Part shown: positions 29,532-39,667 of the stretch, one piece after another
Position numbering within the stretch: position 1 is the first letter of the stretch
Layout: every line of letters begins with the position of its first letter
Translations under genes and position numbers: made by a program
Virus record (IMG/VR): IMGVR_UViG_3300028048_000142
Coordinates: 106 to 64,105 of that record
Direction: 5' to 3' (one strand)
DNA: 64,000 nt
From: a virus
Lineage: Duplodnaviria; Caudoviricetes
Notes under the pieces: generated by a model
What the model was told of the DNA's origin: nothing
Database searches by the model: none
The model's input: the letters and a program-made list of their open reading frames with translations, nothing else

Positions 29532-31447
29532 GGAACTGTCCCTAAATTAAATCCAATTTTAGGAACTTGTTTAACCTTAATTTCATTGTTAAGTATAGTA
29601 TAAATAATGATTAAAACTTTGAAGCATATCACATTTTTAAAAACAATTTTATTGACATATAAATAAAGGTGTTATATACTTCTTTTTAATATAATGACAT
29701 GTAGTTAAGTTATTGAACTATGAAAAAGTTAAAAGCCAAGACAAAAAATATAAAGCAAACTAAAAAAAGACGCAAAAAGAAAAGTCATAAAGATTATTTT
29801 ATGATTAGTCTTAAATTTGCATATAAGTTAATTTTTGGTGACAAAGAACTTTTAGAGAGATATGAAAAACAAGCTACATCTCTTGTTCATATTTTTTATA
29901 ACTTATTTGTTGATAATCCGAAGATGACATGCCATGAAGCTAACGAGCATATCAAAGGTTATAAGAACCTTGATTTAATGGATTCTTATATGGTTTTATG
30001 CGCTTATAGAAGATCGTATTCGATGTATAAACGTTATAATGTAGACAGTGAAGAACCATTAGGTCATAAACTCGTTTTCGGTAAACGAAAAAACCTAATT
30101 AAAACATCTAAACACACATTATCAAAAAAGGAATTTAAAAAACTAAGAATCTTACCTTTATTTTTAGAAGGTCAAAAAGCTGATTTTGCAAATAGACGTG
30201 TTAGAATTAAAGATAAACACACTCTCGAATTTGTTGTTAATGGTAAAGTGATTTTTGTTTTTAGAGTATCAGATAAAAGATGCGGTATTTTAAATCAACT
30301 CAAGAAAAAACAAGATGCTAAACAAATGCCGATTACATATACCATTGGTGATGATTATATTACTATAACTTATAATCAAAAATTGCTTACAGTTCCTAAA
30401 AATCATAATCTGTTAGCAAATAGAATCATGTCAATTGATATGAATCCTGACTATATTGGTATTACAATTTTTGATGTCGATCAAGATAGCCATATCAGAA
30501 ACATTCTAAAAGCATATGTTATTGACTGGAGTACTATAACTGAAATTCAAAAAGAATTAAAACAAGCTAGTAACTCAGAAGGTAATAAATATCTTACTAA
30601 TAAGAGAAAACATGAAATTAAGAATGTAGGTAAATTTATTTCAGATTTATCAGTATTTTATAAATGCAAATATATAGCAATAGAAGATTTGGATTTTGAT
30701 TCTAATTGCAAGGGTTTTAGGAACTCTAAATGGAATAGGAATTTAATTTTTCAATCATTATTTAAGCATTCCGTCGAAAACGGTGTTACTATTTTACGTG
30801 TTAATCCGGCTTATACAAGTATCATAGGAAATATTGTCTGCAGACATAATATTCCTGACATGTGTAGAAGTGCGTATGAAATTGGTTATCGAGCAGTAAA
30901 AGGACTTCAAAATGGAAATTTCGATAAAGACTGGGTAGATACAAATAAATATCTACATTCGTTAGATAAGATTAAACTCTTTATCACTAAATCGTTGGAA
31001 GAATGCGGTGATAAAGATAAAGAACTTAAAGAAGTTAACAAATTAACATTTAACAATGTAAAAGACTTCATGCATAGAAACAAAATACAGTATAGAGTTT
31101 CTATTGAAGACTGTCATGATAATGAAACAGTCTATATATTTAAAAACGATAAATCGCTAGTTAAGATTCATTCTTACAGCGTAAGACACTATAAAAAGAC
31201 GATTGCTTGATTCGAGAGTTTGCATAGGAAGTATTGCTTTTGAATCAAGTTAGAATGCCGTAAAAAGCAATTTAACTTTAAAATAGCGATTCACTATTAT
31301 AGAGTCTTAAAACAAAAAGAAACTCGAATAAGGTTAGGGTTTCAACTTAATATGTGTAAGCATGATGAGTTCTTTTATGTTGAACTACATGGTGTATATC
31401 ATAGTTCAAATAAGTCCCAAAATTGGATTTAATTTAGGGACAGTTCC
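29532..31447 (+). mobile_element. TIR-bounded TnpB element 1
   Basis: Perfect 29-bp TIR GGAACTGTCCCTAAATTAAATCCAATTTT; TTA on both flanks. Confidence 0.88.
29720..31210 (+). CDS. tnpB: TnpB/Cas12f-like RuvC nuclease (no zinc finger)
   Basis: SIDMNP (RuvC-I), IAIEDL (RuvC-II), VNPAYTSIIG, PDMCRSAYEIG (RuvC-III); promoter TTGACA 29652 / TATACT 29675. Confidence 0.85.
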   Translation: MKKLKAKTKNIKQTKKRRKKKSHKDYFMISLKFAYKLIFGDKELLERYEKQATSLVHIFYNLFVDNPKMTCHEANEHIKGYKNLDLMDSYMVLCAYRRSYSMYKRYNVDSEEPLGHKLVFGKRKNLIKTSKHTLSKKEFKKLRILPLFLEGQKADFANRRVRIKDKHTLEFVVNGKVIFVFRVSDKRCGILNQLKKKQDAKQMPITYTIGDDYITITYNQKLLTVPKNHNLLANRIMSIDMNPDYIGITIFDVDQDSHIRNILKAYVIDWSTITEIQKELKQASNSEGNKYLTNKRKHEIKNVGKFISDLSVFYKCKYIAIEDLDFDSNCKGFRNSKWNRNLIFQSLFKHSVENGVTILRVNPAYTSIIGNIVCRHNIPDMCRSAYEIGYRAVKGLQNGNFDKDWVDTNKYLHSLDKIKLFITKSLEECGDKDKELKEVNKLTFNNVKDFMHRNKIQYRVSIEDCHDNETVYIFKNDKSLVKIHSYSVRHYKKTIA

Positions 31448-31516
31448 TTAAGAAAGTTCATGACCAGTATAATACTGATAAATCCATAAATGCAATGTCG
31501 GATGATGAAGCAAAGA

Positions 31517-31723
31517 ATGCTAAAAAAGATGATAAGAAAGAAACTAACGAAAGCTATAGATTTTCAAGGTTCGGAAGAATGAGAAGATTAAGCCGTAGAT
31601 TTAGATAATGTGATCTGTATCACAAAATTATAATAAACCCACCTTTTGAATGTAGGTGGGTTTTAACTGATATTATTAAATCTCATTTTCACCACTTTTT
31701 TACAAATATTTTTAATAGTATTA
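31517..31723 (+). repeat. imperfect direct repeat, copy 2
   Basis: Matches 29323-29531. Confidence 0.9.
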
Positions 31724-31986
31724 TATATATAATAATAGTCTGCCTTAGAATTATAATTTTTAATGCCTTCTTCATCCCAGTTTGTTGGAAAAACCCAGTG
31801 GAACAACGCTTTAAATTTGTTTTCTCTGCCGATTCTGAATGTATTCAAGTCTATTGTTTTCAATTCATTGACTAAATGAGTATAGTCCATGTTATTGATA
31901 ACTGCATCTAGCAATTCAAAGCATACAAGAAGTGTACGTTCTTTGTCTTTTTCTCTTTTTTCCCATGCTTTCATACAAAACCTCAC
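31663..31986 (-). CDS. hypothetical protein
   Basis: 107 aa ORF; its 3' end is duplicated near 29470-29531. Confidence 0.6.
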   Translation of the reverse strand: MRFCMKAWEKREKDKERTLLVCFELLDAVINNMDYTHLVNELKTIDLNTFRIGRENKFKALFHWVFPTNWDEEGIKNYNSKADYYYIYNTIKNICKKVVKMRFNNIS

Positions 31987-32044
31987 AATAATTCGATTAT
32001 GTTATTATTATATAATAAATAATAAATAAAAACTGTGATATATA

Positions 32045-32670
32045 TCACAGTTTCTTAGGAAACCCTAGATGATGTATGATGTACGGATCTGTGCAAGGTG
32101 GCAGAAACCGATTCCAGCATACATCATTCGGCATTATTCTTATACGATCTCTGAATTTCCAATTGAAAAAGTCCTGTTCTGGACAGCTTGAAAACGGACA
32201 GCTTTTAAAAAACCATTGAAGTTCTTCTATATTAAACTCATATTTAAAATTCATTATCATGAATCTGGCATTGATATATCGTGACGGCTCAATTCCTATG
32301 AAGTCTAAAACCTTTTTACGTTTATCAGACAGTCTATGATAATTCAAATCTTCTAAGCAGCCATAAAGATACTGCTCAGAATACCGTTCAAGAATAGGTG
32401 TGATGTCTTTTTAAACTCTAAATCCAAGTCAAAGTTAAAAACTTGCTCATGCTGCATGGATAAATCTGAAAAGATTTTAATTTTTGCTAATAATAAGTCT
32501 AAAAAACGGTCATAATTAGTATGGGATTTGAAATCAATCTCGATTTTGGGTATTATTTTTGAATTTTTTATTAATTTTGTATTAGAATATATATAATAAT
32601 CATTATTAATATTAATATTTTTTAGATATTTTTCGTAATTTGCATCTAAAACACAGAAACCAATCCTCAT
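32045..32670 (-). pseudogene. GT8-like glycosyltransferase split by a single -1 frameshift
   Basis: DLD motif in the first ORF; YINA, EQDFFN, IIHHLG in the second; one extra A at the A5 run (32408-32412) joins them in frame. Confidence 0.7.
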
Positions 32671-33065
32671 TCTCGGTATATTTTAAGATTATCAACTTTA
32701 AAATTGTATGAAATACCCTCATAGTCGTTATAGATGTTCTGAAATTTGATAAATTGCGGATAGAATTGAACATTATTGAATGTTTTAACAAGTGTATTAT
32801 CAATAGTGACATTTAATGTCATGTTTTGAATATTTGCAGATAATTCACAATGATGTGAACCGGTGTAATTGTAATTGCACAGAACCCCTCCAGATTTGCA
32901 ATATTTCGCACCAAATTCAAAGACCTTTACATCCCTATATAGAATGTAAAACATAGGCTTATTTTCGCTTGCAAGTGCCGTAAAATCGAATGTAAACGTC
33001 CATTTGTTGAAGTTCCAGCAATCTAGGTTACCCTCATCAATGTCTGCAGTATAGTCATATGGCAA
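32667..33065 (-). CDS. hypothetical beta-rich protein
   Basis: 132 aa, late operon. Confidence 0.6.
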   Translation of the reverse strand: MPYDYTADIDEGNLDCWNFNKWTFTFDFTALASENKPMFYILYRDVKVFEFGAKYCKSGGVLCNYNYTGSHHCELSANIQNMTLNVTIDNTLVKTFNNVQFYPQFIKFQNIYNDYEGISYNFKVDNLKIYRE

Positions 33066-33067
33066 TC

Positions 33068-33691
33068 CTATGACAATTCACCAAATGCATCATACACACC
33101 ATTACCGATGTATAACAAGGTAACTGCACTTCCGATACGTCTTAATGTGGTTAAATCGTTTGGGCTGATTGTTACATTTGTTCCTGCTTTGATAGTTAAA
33201 GATGAACTATCACCGCTTACTTTTCGGATTGTTAAAGTCAAACCGACAAAATCCTCGCTTGCCGGTTTGGTTACTGTTATGTTTGCATTATTTGAACTTT
33301 TAACACGCAACAAGGTTCTACCGTCAAAATCTGCATTGACAGTACTGTAACCGCTTGAAACATTTTTAATACGGAATTTAGGAATTGAAGAACCACTGAC
33401 TGATATCTGCTCATGAACCCATTTATCAGACTGATCAGGTCGATTACCTACATTGCCGTCAATTGCTGAACGATAAAACCTGCCATTGTATGAAACGTAC
33501 TCATCACGTTCATAGAATTTAACAGTACTCCAAGTTTCAATCGGAACACCGGTTAAAATATCAAGAACGCTTTTCAATTCCCGAATTTCACGTTTCAAAC
33601 GAAACAGCGGTCGGTTAAAAACCGTTTCATTCGGTTTGTCACCGTTGCGAATTCTGAAATTATCAAAAAATTCTTTTAATGTTACAAACAT
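33068..33691 (-). CDS. virion fibre-associated protein with CBM5/12-like motif
   Basis: WSTVKFYERDEYVSYNGRFYRS..N..P..W; late promoter upstream. Confidence 0.6.
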   Translation of the reverse strand: MFVTLKEFFDNFRIRNGDKPNETVFNRPLFRLKREIRELKSVLDILTGVPIETWSTVKFYERDEYVSYNGRFYRSAIDGNVGNRPDQSDKWVHEQISVSGSSIPKFRIKNVSSGYSTVNADFDGRTLLRVKSSNNANITVTKPASEDFVGLTLTIRKVSGDSSSLTIKAGTNVTISPNDLTTLRRIGSAVTLLYIGNGVYDAFGELS

Positions 33692-33739
33692 AAAAATTTT
33701 CCAAATTATTAATATATTATTATATATATTTATAATTTT

Positions 33740-34033
33740 TTAATTTTTTGTTTCTAATTCAGCAATTTTATCAACGATACTATCATCAAATGCAAGTAAA
33801 TCTTTATATGCAATCAGTTCATCGATTTTCGGTGCAAGTTTCCTGTCTGTCTTGTACATTCTTAATGCTTTAAGAACCACCGTTGTTTCAAGACCCTGCT
33901 CTTCGTATTCACTTTTTAACGCTTTCATATCTTCCTTGATTTTCTTCATTTCAAGTTCAAGATTAAGATAACGTAATGCATATTCAGATGTTAATTTTTT
34001 AACTTCATTGTCTAATGTAATACTCATAGTCAA
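33740..34033 (-). CDS. dsbA: DsbA/GapR-like dsDNA-binding protein
   Basis: LELEMKKIKEDMKALKSEYEEQGLETTVVLKALR pattern, near gp32. Confidence 0.72.
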   Translation of the reverse strand: MTMSITLDNEVKKLTSEYALRYLNLELEMKKIKEDMKALKSEYEEQGLETTVVLKALRMYKTDRKLAPKIDELIAYKDLLAFDDSIVDKIAELETKN

Positions 34034-34038
34034 AGTCC

Positions 34039-34353
34039 TTAATCAATGTCAACTATAATAGAATTTCCAACAATAGTGTAGTTTAAATCTCTTAGAATTA
34101 TATCAATATTATCAGGTATTGAATACAATTCAATTGATACTGCATTATTATCAGGTGTAATGTTCTTAATTTTAATATTAGATGCTCTTAAAATATCCAT
34201 AATAGAATACTGTTTAAGATTCTTTTTTGTAGCTTTTACTACCGGGGTTTTTACTGCCGTGGTATTTGACTTCTGCATCTGTAACAGCTTTGTTGCTATT
34301 TCAGTATCAGAATTTTCAATGTTCGGCTTTGCTACTAAATCTGAAAACTTCAT
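34039..34353 (-). CDS. hypothetical protein
   Basis: 104 aa ORF. Confidence 0.6.
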   Translation of the reverse strand: MKFSDLVAKPNIENSDTEIATKLLQMQKSNTTAVKTPVVKATKKNLKQYSIMDILRASNIKIKNITPDNNAVSIELYSIPDNIDIILRDLNYTIVGNSIIVDID

Positions 34354-34460
34354 AATTTTAACCCTTTAAATTAAATAAGCAAAAGACATTCAAATCCTTT
34401 TAAATGCTTTTGCTTATATTTATATTTTTAATATTTCACATCCATGTGAAGAATTAAAAA

Positions 34461-35474
34461 TTAGCTTAGAGAGTTAAGCAAGTCATCAAATTCAGATTTT
34501 GCAGTAGCTTGCGGTTGCGGTGCTGGCTGTGAAACAGCTTGTACTGTCTGCACCGGTGCAACTTGAACTTCCTGTGAATCTTTAACTTCAGCTTTTGGCT
34601 CAACGGTAGCATGTTTTTCAATGTTAATATTCGGGGTTTCACCCTGAGCCGGAACACCGAACTCACCATAACTTACATAGTATAAGTCATTCTGAAGTTC
34701 CTGATATGACTTGAAGTTTGCCGGATCTTTGAATTCATCCAAATCATAAGTCTTTCTCAAATCTTCAGCGCATTTAGCTTTCACATCATCAAAGTTAGCT
34801 AAATCACCGTAAATTGACTTTCCATCGCCCATGAACTGGAACTGTGATGAATCATAGGTAACAATACCGTTTGTACCTTTCTGGCATTTCAAAACAAATA
34901 CCCAGCCTTTCAATGGATTGAAGATTTCCTTACGTGTAACACCCATCTGCAAATCGGTTTCAGACGGATTCAAGGCTTCCATAAGTTTGTTAGCCATTGA
35001 CTGTGAAAACTCATAAAGGAAAATTTTACCCTCATTATCCTTGTTTGCCGGATCTTTGATTATCTTTATATTTGCAATAAATCTCTTTTGAGGTTTATAT
35101 TTTCTTGCAATATCGGAATCCTTTTCCCACATTGAAACATAAGTTTCATGGAACGGATCTGCAAGTCCAATACTCTTAGGGGACCAGATTGATTTATAAC
35201 GTTTTTGAGTTTTTGGCTCTTTAGTTGTTGCATCAATGGTCTGTTTAGTAATGGTTGTATTGATTTTATACATCTGAATCAAGGTATGAAACTTCATATC
35301 CGGCAAAAATGCAATAATTGCCTGACCTTTCATATCCTTATCTTTTGTTAAGGTGTAGAATCTTTCATCTACATAGCTTTTCTTATCCTGTTCAAAAGGA
35401 TTTACACCGGTCTGTTTTTCAATCTGATTGAAATCAAAAGCATTTAAGTCTAAATTATTCAAATCTATACTCAT
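34461..35474 (-). CDS. gp32: single-stranded DNA-binding protein
   Basis: DERFY, AIIAFLP, RFIANIKIIKDPAN..NEGKIFLYEF, acidic C-terminus FDDLLNSL. Confidence 0.93.
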   Translation of the reverse strand: MSIDLNNLDLNAFDFNQIEKQTGVNPFEQDKKSYVDERFYTLTKDKDMKGQAIIAFLPDMKFHTLIQMYKINTTITKQTIDATTKEPKTQKRYKSIWSPKSIGLADPFHETYVSMWEKDSDIARKYKPQKRFIANIKIIKDPANKDNEGKIFLYEFSQSMANKLMEALNPSETDLQMGVTRKEIFNPLKGWVFVLKCQKGTNGIVTYDSSQFQFMGDGKSIYGDLANFDDVKAKCAEDLRKTYDLDEFKDPANFKSYQELQNDLYYVSYGEFGVPAQGETPNINIEKHATVEPKAEVKDSQEVQVAPVQTVQAVSQPAPQPQATAKSEFDDLLNSLS

Positions 35475-35492
35475 TTTTTCCTCTCTTATATA

Positions 35493-36218
35493 TTACTGCT
35501 TTGGTTTTACGGTCACTTGTAATCTAAAACTTTTTACATTATTAGATTTCATTAAAATTCTAAATTCATCACGGGCTTCATTGTATTTAACACATACAGT
35601 ATAGTCATGTAATGGAATACGCATAAATGTTTCTAATGATATAAGTATATCAAAGTTTTTATGTGTATCGCAAGACTTTTTTAATGTATATGTATTAGAA
35701 GATGCATTGAATTTACCTACTGATGATAATGAGATTTCAACACCATCCTCGCCCTTGAACTCGATAAATTTAAGTTCATCAAGTGCAGCAGATGCACTGC
35801 GTAACTTTTTAATATCATCCTGAGTCAATACAAATTCAGCAACGCTAGGCTTGCTGTCAACAATATCCATCTGCTCAGGCTTGAACTCAAAAGCTGATAA
35901 CAACTGCGGTGCAGTCATCAGGTATCTTGCTTTTGAATGTTCATTTGAGATATTGATGCAGTTGTTTTCAATTACCACATCACGATCATCCGAGTTATCA
36001 CCGAACAATCCAAGAACATTTAAAAAGCCGTTCAAGTTGAACAATCCGATTTCACCATCGAATGTATCATTTTCATCTTCGCTTACTGAGGTAAGATTGA
36101 ATGAAAATGAAATATCATTAACTTCGGATTTACCATAAGTTACCGGTGAACGTAAAATTATCGAATTTGATATTTTACTTATACTTTTTAAAAAATTAGT
36201 TAATTCAGTACTAAACAT
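35493..36218 (-). CDS. gp45: sliding clamp
   Basis: NFLKSISKISNSIIL, EIGLFNLNGFLNVL, DYTV. Confidence 0.82.
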   Translation of the reverse strand: MFSTELTNFLKSISKISNSIILRSPVTYGKSEVNDISFSFNLTSVSEDENDTFDGEIGLFNLNGFLNVLGLFGDNSDDRDVVIENNCINISNEHSKARYLMTAPQLLSAFEFKPEQMDIVDSKPSVAEFVLTQDDIKKLRSASAALDELKFIEFKGEDGVEISLSSVGKFNASSNTYTLKKSCDTHKNFDILISLETFMRIPLHDYTVCVKYNEARDEFRILMKSNNVKSFRLQVTVKPKQ

Positions 36219-36226
36219 TATAACCT

Positions 36227-37210
36227 CTAATTGTTTAACTTCGATCTCTCTAAACCAAATAAAGCCATGCCTAAGGCATTGTAGTATTCATAATTGCTTT
36301 TCGGCACTCTAATCTCATTATCTTCATACTTAGCTGAATTGAAGAAAGCTGAACCACCACCGGATAAGAATATGAAATCACACTTATCTAGGATTTTACC
36401 GTACTTTGTTTCAATCAGTTTCATTAAGTTTATTATATACTCTTTTTTGATGTTATCAATATCTGATTTATAATCATATTGATTACTTCTTAATTTGTAT
36501 ATTCCTGTATCTAAAATCTCTTTAGCTTCATGCAAAGATATTTCACGATTATGTTTTTCTTTGATTAACTGTGAAATTTTAGATGCAATTTTCATAATGC
36601 CTTCATGCTCAATACCCTCGAACACGGATGCACTTGTTTTTCCGTCAACAACACGGAACATATCGAGGGTACTGAACCCGATATCAACACCGATATATGA
36701 TGAATTACCGGTGAATTCCCTTTGTGGATTTGGGAAATCTCTGCCGTATTTGTCAATGCACAGCTTAGACCCAGCACCTTGAGGAATGATAAAAATCTTC
36801 GGGAACTCATAATGACACTCATTAACATCGAATGATGAAATAGCTTCTCTGAAATGACCGCTGAACTGGATCTGTGCCTTTGATAAACCTGAAACAAGTA
36901 TATCCGGCATCTTGCCCTGCAAGTCAGTTTCTAAAATCTTTAAAACCTTTGCAATAAACAATGGTGCATAGTATGCAAGGTTTTTGTATTCAGTAATATC
37001 AATAAGATTTTCCGATGGCAAGGATAAAGCATCTTCACCAACGTAATATGAATGATCTTTGTATTCAAAAGTTCTTGAATCTTTAATATATGAATTCTTT
37101 TGGGTAATTCCTATAACAGATTCAATTTTGAACTTCTTAAGGATTTGGTCATTTTCCATCAAAATACATTTGGTTGACCCGTATCCAATATCTAATCCAA
37201 GTATAAGCAT
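36227..37210 (-). CDS. ParM/StbA-family actin-like ATPase
   Basis: GLDIGYGSTK, PQGAG, GVDIGFSTLD, LSGGGS actin-fold motifs. Confidence 0.9.
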   Translation of the reverse strand: MLILGLDIGYGSTKCILMENDQILKKFKIESVIGITQKNSYIKDSRTFEYKDHSYYVGEDALSLPSENLIDITEYKNLAYYAPLFIAKVLKILETDLQGKMPDILVSGLSKAQIQFSGHFREAISSFDVNECHYEFPKIFIIPQGAGSKLCIDKYGRDFPNPQREFTGNSSYIGVDIGFSTLDMFRVVDGKTSASVFEGIEHEGIMKIASKISQLIKEKHNREISLHEAKEILDTGIYKLRSNQYDYKSDIDNIKKEYIINLMKLIETKYGKILDKCDFIFLSGGGSAFFNSAKYEDNEIRVPKSNYEYYNALGMALFGLERSKLNN

Positions 37211-37220
37211 TTAATTTTCC

Positions 37221-37499
37221 TTAAAATTCCAGTCCGTTTAAATATTTTTCAACATTCGGTGTGTTCGGTGCATCCGGTATTTCAGGCTTTTCAACTATCA
37301 CCGAACTTTGTTCGTCATCGTTATACGTTTCAATACTGTCCCTAGAGTTTTTAAATGTTTTTTCTGTTTTTTCTTTTCTGCAAGGCTTATCCGGTTTATC
37401 AGTTTTATCCGGCTTGCTTGCAACGCAACTTTTTCCATCGCTGAAATCAATCTGTATTTTATCAATATCTTTTGTCGATGTAATATGTAATTCAAACAT
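37221..37499 (-). CDS. small protein upstream of ParM-like gene
   Basis: 92 aa; architecture similar to 37516-37755. Confidence 0.65.
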   Translation of the reverse strand: MFELHITSTKDIDKIQIDFSDGKSCVASKPDKTDKPDKPCRKEKTEKTFKNSRDSIETYNDDEQSSVIVEKPEIPDAPNTPNVEKYLNGLEF

Positions 37500-37515
37500 T
37501 TTAAACTCTCAAAAC

Positions 37516-37755
37516 TTAAAACGATGCATCAAGCATCTCTTTCGGTATCTCTGTAGATTTTATATCTTCTTCAGTAATATCTTCAATTTTAACTTGATGT
37601 CCATTTTCTAATATTTTTTCAGAAACGTCAACACTTTTTTCATTCTTTTTTGAAAAATTTACAGAAGTATGATTGTTTTCTGAATTCTGAAAATCTATAT
37701 GTATATCTACGCTTTTGATATTCTGATTCGGCATATCACGAATTTCAACTATCAT
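37516..37755 (-). CDS. small protein upstream of ParM-like gene
   Basis: 79 aa; N-terminal I...I.IDF and C-terminal F shared with 37221-37499. Confidence 0.65.
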   Translation of the reverse strand: MIVEIRDMPNQNIKSVDIHIDFQNSENNHTSVNFSKKNEKSVDVSEKILENGHQVKIEDITEEDIKSTEIPKEMLDASF

Positions 37756-37767
37756 ATAGCATCCCCC

Positions 37768-39300
37768 TTAAAAATTATCAGATTTAACTTCAATCTCTTT
37801 AATGTCAAATCCTTCTAAAGTATAACATGTTTTCAAACGATTCTTATACTGATTATAAAATATTCCTGAATGCTTTCTGTCACCGTAATCATCTACTATA
37901 TCATAGATTATAGATTTTTCCTTATCTTTATGCAAACGCATTAAACGTCCTACCGACTGTGCAATAGTTGTAAATGCTTTCAATGGAGATGCAAATGTAA
38001 GTACTTCAAGTCTTTTTATATTTGCACCGGTTGACATTAAACTGTAATTTGCAACTAATAATGCACCGTCCTGCTCTTCCATCAAATTACGAATACATTC
38101 TCTATCTTTAGCCGATGTTTCACCATTCATAAAATAAATTTTATACTGTTTTTGAAATTCTAAAGAATCCTTTGAAACAATATTTTTTTCTTCTATATTT
38201 ATATTATATAATTCTCTATATAAATCAATAAAAATTTTCTTTCCATGCTCAGTATGCGAAAATAAAACAAGCTGGGTTTTATTCTTATGAAATGCATTTG
38301 TAACTATCTTATAAAGCATTCTACTTCTTGATTCACAATCCTTAATAATCTGTAGCAGTGCATGATAGTCAGATGTACTTGTAAGCATATTACATGTACT
38401 TTGATCGTGTTTGAAAATAATTGAGTTTACATAAATAGGTGTACCCAGACCCCTTTCAATTAATTCTTTAGAAGTGATAATTACTTTAGGTATTCCAAAC
38501 AAACCTAGTAAAATCATTCTTGCACATGCATCATCCGGCAAAGTTCCGGTGAAACCTAGCTTGATTTTAGTATTAATTGACTGTAATAGAATATCTGAGG
38601 TAACATCAGATGACATTCTATGTACTTCATCACATATAATGTAATCAGGATTGATATCTTTTAAGTCCTTTCGGATTTTCTGCAGACTTTGCCATGTGCA
38701 TATTGTTAATGCTTTGGTGAAATCACTCTTTTTTCCATTTCCTAAAATATCTACTTCATTATATAAGTCTATAAGATTATAAGACTTGATATCATTCTTG
38801 AACTGGGTTAAAAGATTGATGTTTGGTACTATCAATAAGCCTTTCTTATTATGAATTCGGAAAAACTCAATGATCATACTAATTATCAAACTTTTTCCCG
38901 ATGATGTACATAACTGCTGAATTAACTTGAAATTTGTCAATCCGTTGACAATACCGTTTATTTGATAATCATACGGCTCAAAAGGTAAGATAGATTTATA
39001 TTGTGAAATGAAATCTAAAATCTCATCTTTTGTATAAGCAGTCGCATTGTTTTCCGGCAGAATGTTAAATTTTGCATTATGCAAAAGTTGAACATGACCG
39101 TAATAAACAATCAAAGTTTCCTGACCGTTGTTTATGATTTTCTTTGTAAAGTATGTGTAACGTGAACGGAAACCACGTTGTACCATTCGATCATACTTTG
39201 CATTACTTCTTTCAGCTTTTAGAAAGTTATAGATGTTTAGATGTTCTTCCTTTGAGCCTTGAATCGCATAATAAGATTCGTTTACCTTTTTATATTCCAT
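37768..39300 (-). CDS. uvsW: UvsW-like SF2 helicase
   Basis: PYDYQ, TSSGKS, CDEVH, GFTGT, QSVGRLMR. Confidence 0.92.
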   Translation of the reverse strand: MEYKKVNESYYAIQGSKEEHLNIYNFLKAERSNAKYDRMVQRGFRSRYTYFTKKIINNGQETLIVYYGHVQLLHNAKFNILPENNATAYTKDEILDFISQYKSILPFEPYDYQINGIVNGLTNFKLIQQLCTSSGKSLIISMIIEFFRIHNKKGLLIVPNINLLTQFKNDIKSYNLIDLYNEVDILGNGKKSDFTKALTICTWQSLQKIRKDLKDINPDYIICDEVHRMSSDVTSDILLQSINTKIKLGFTGTLPDDACARMILLGLFGIPKVIITSKELIERGLGTPIYVNSIIFKHDQSTCNMLTSTSDYHALLQIIKDCESRSRMLYKIVTNAFHKNKTQLVLFSHTEHGKKIFIDLYRELYNINIEEKNIVSKDSLEFQKQYKIYFMNGETSAKDRECIRNLMEEQDGALLVANYSLMSTGANIKRLEVLTFASPLKAFTTIAQSVGRLMRLHKDKEKSIIYDIVDDYGDRKHSGIFYNQYKNRLKTCYTLEGFDIKEIEVKSDNF

Positions 39301-39557
39301 TATTTAACCCAAACAATATCATACTTCTCAGGTTTATTATCGCATGTATCGGTTGTTCCATCCATGTAAACAACACGGATGCACTGTTTTGTACTCCAAG
39401 ATACTTCAACTTCCGGGGTATTCAATGAATTAAACATAATCCATGATAAAATTGCCACTGCAAGAATTGAAATAACTGTATAGATCATAGCAATTAAAAT
39501 TTTTTCACGTCTTAATGCAGCATTATTCTTATTTTCCCATTCTTCAAAACTCATCAT
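39300..39557 (-). CDS. small membrane protein
   Basis: One TM helix plus PEVEVSWST..C motif. Confidence 0.6.
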   Translation of the reverse strand: MMSFEEWENKNNAALRREKILIAMIYTVISILAVAILSWIMFNSLNTPEVEVSWSTKQCIRVVYMDGTTDTCDNKPEKYDIVWVK

Positions 39558-39667
39558 AATGTATTCCTCTCACAAATCAATGATATCTATTATATATAGA
39601 AACCCCATATTGTCAATGCAAATCTATGAAAAATGTGAGTTAAATCAAGCTGCACTCATTCAAAAGT

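Noticed and set aside
29720-31210. Type V CRISPR effector (Cas12f)
   Set aside because: No CRISPR array or adaptation genes nearby; bounded by transposon-like TIRs
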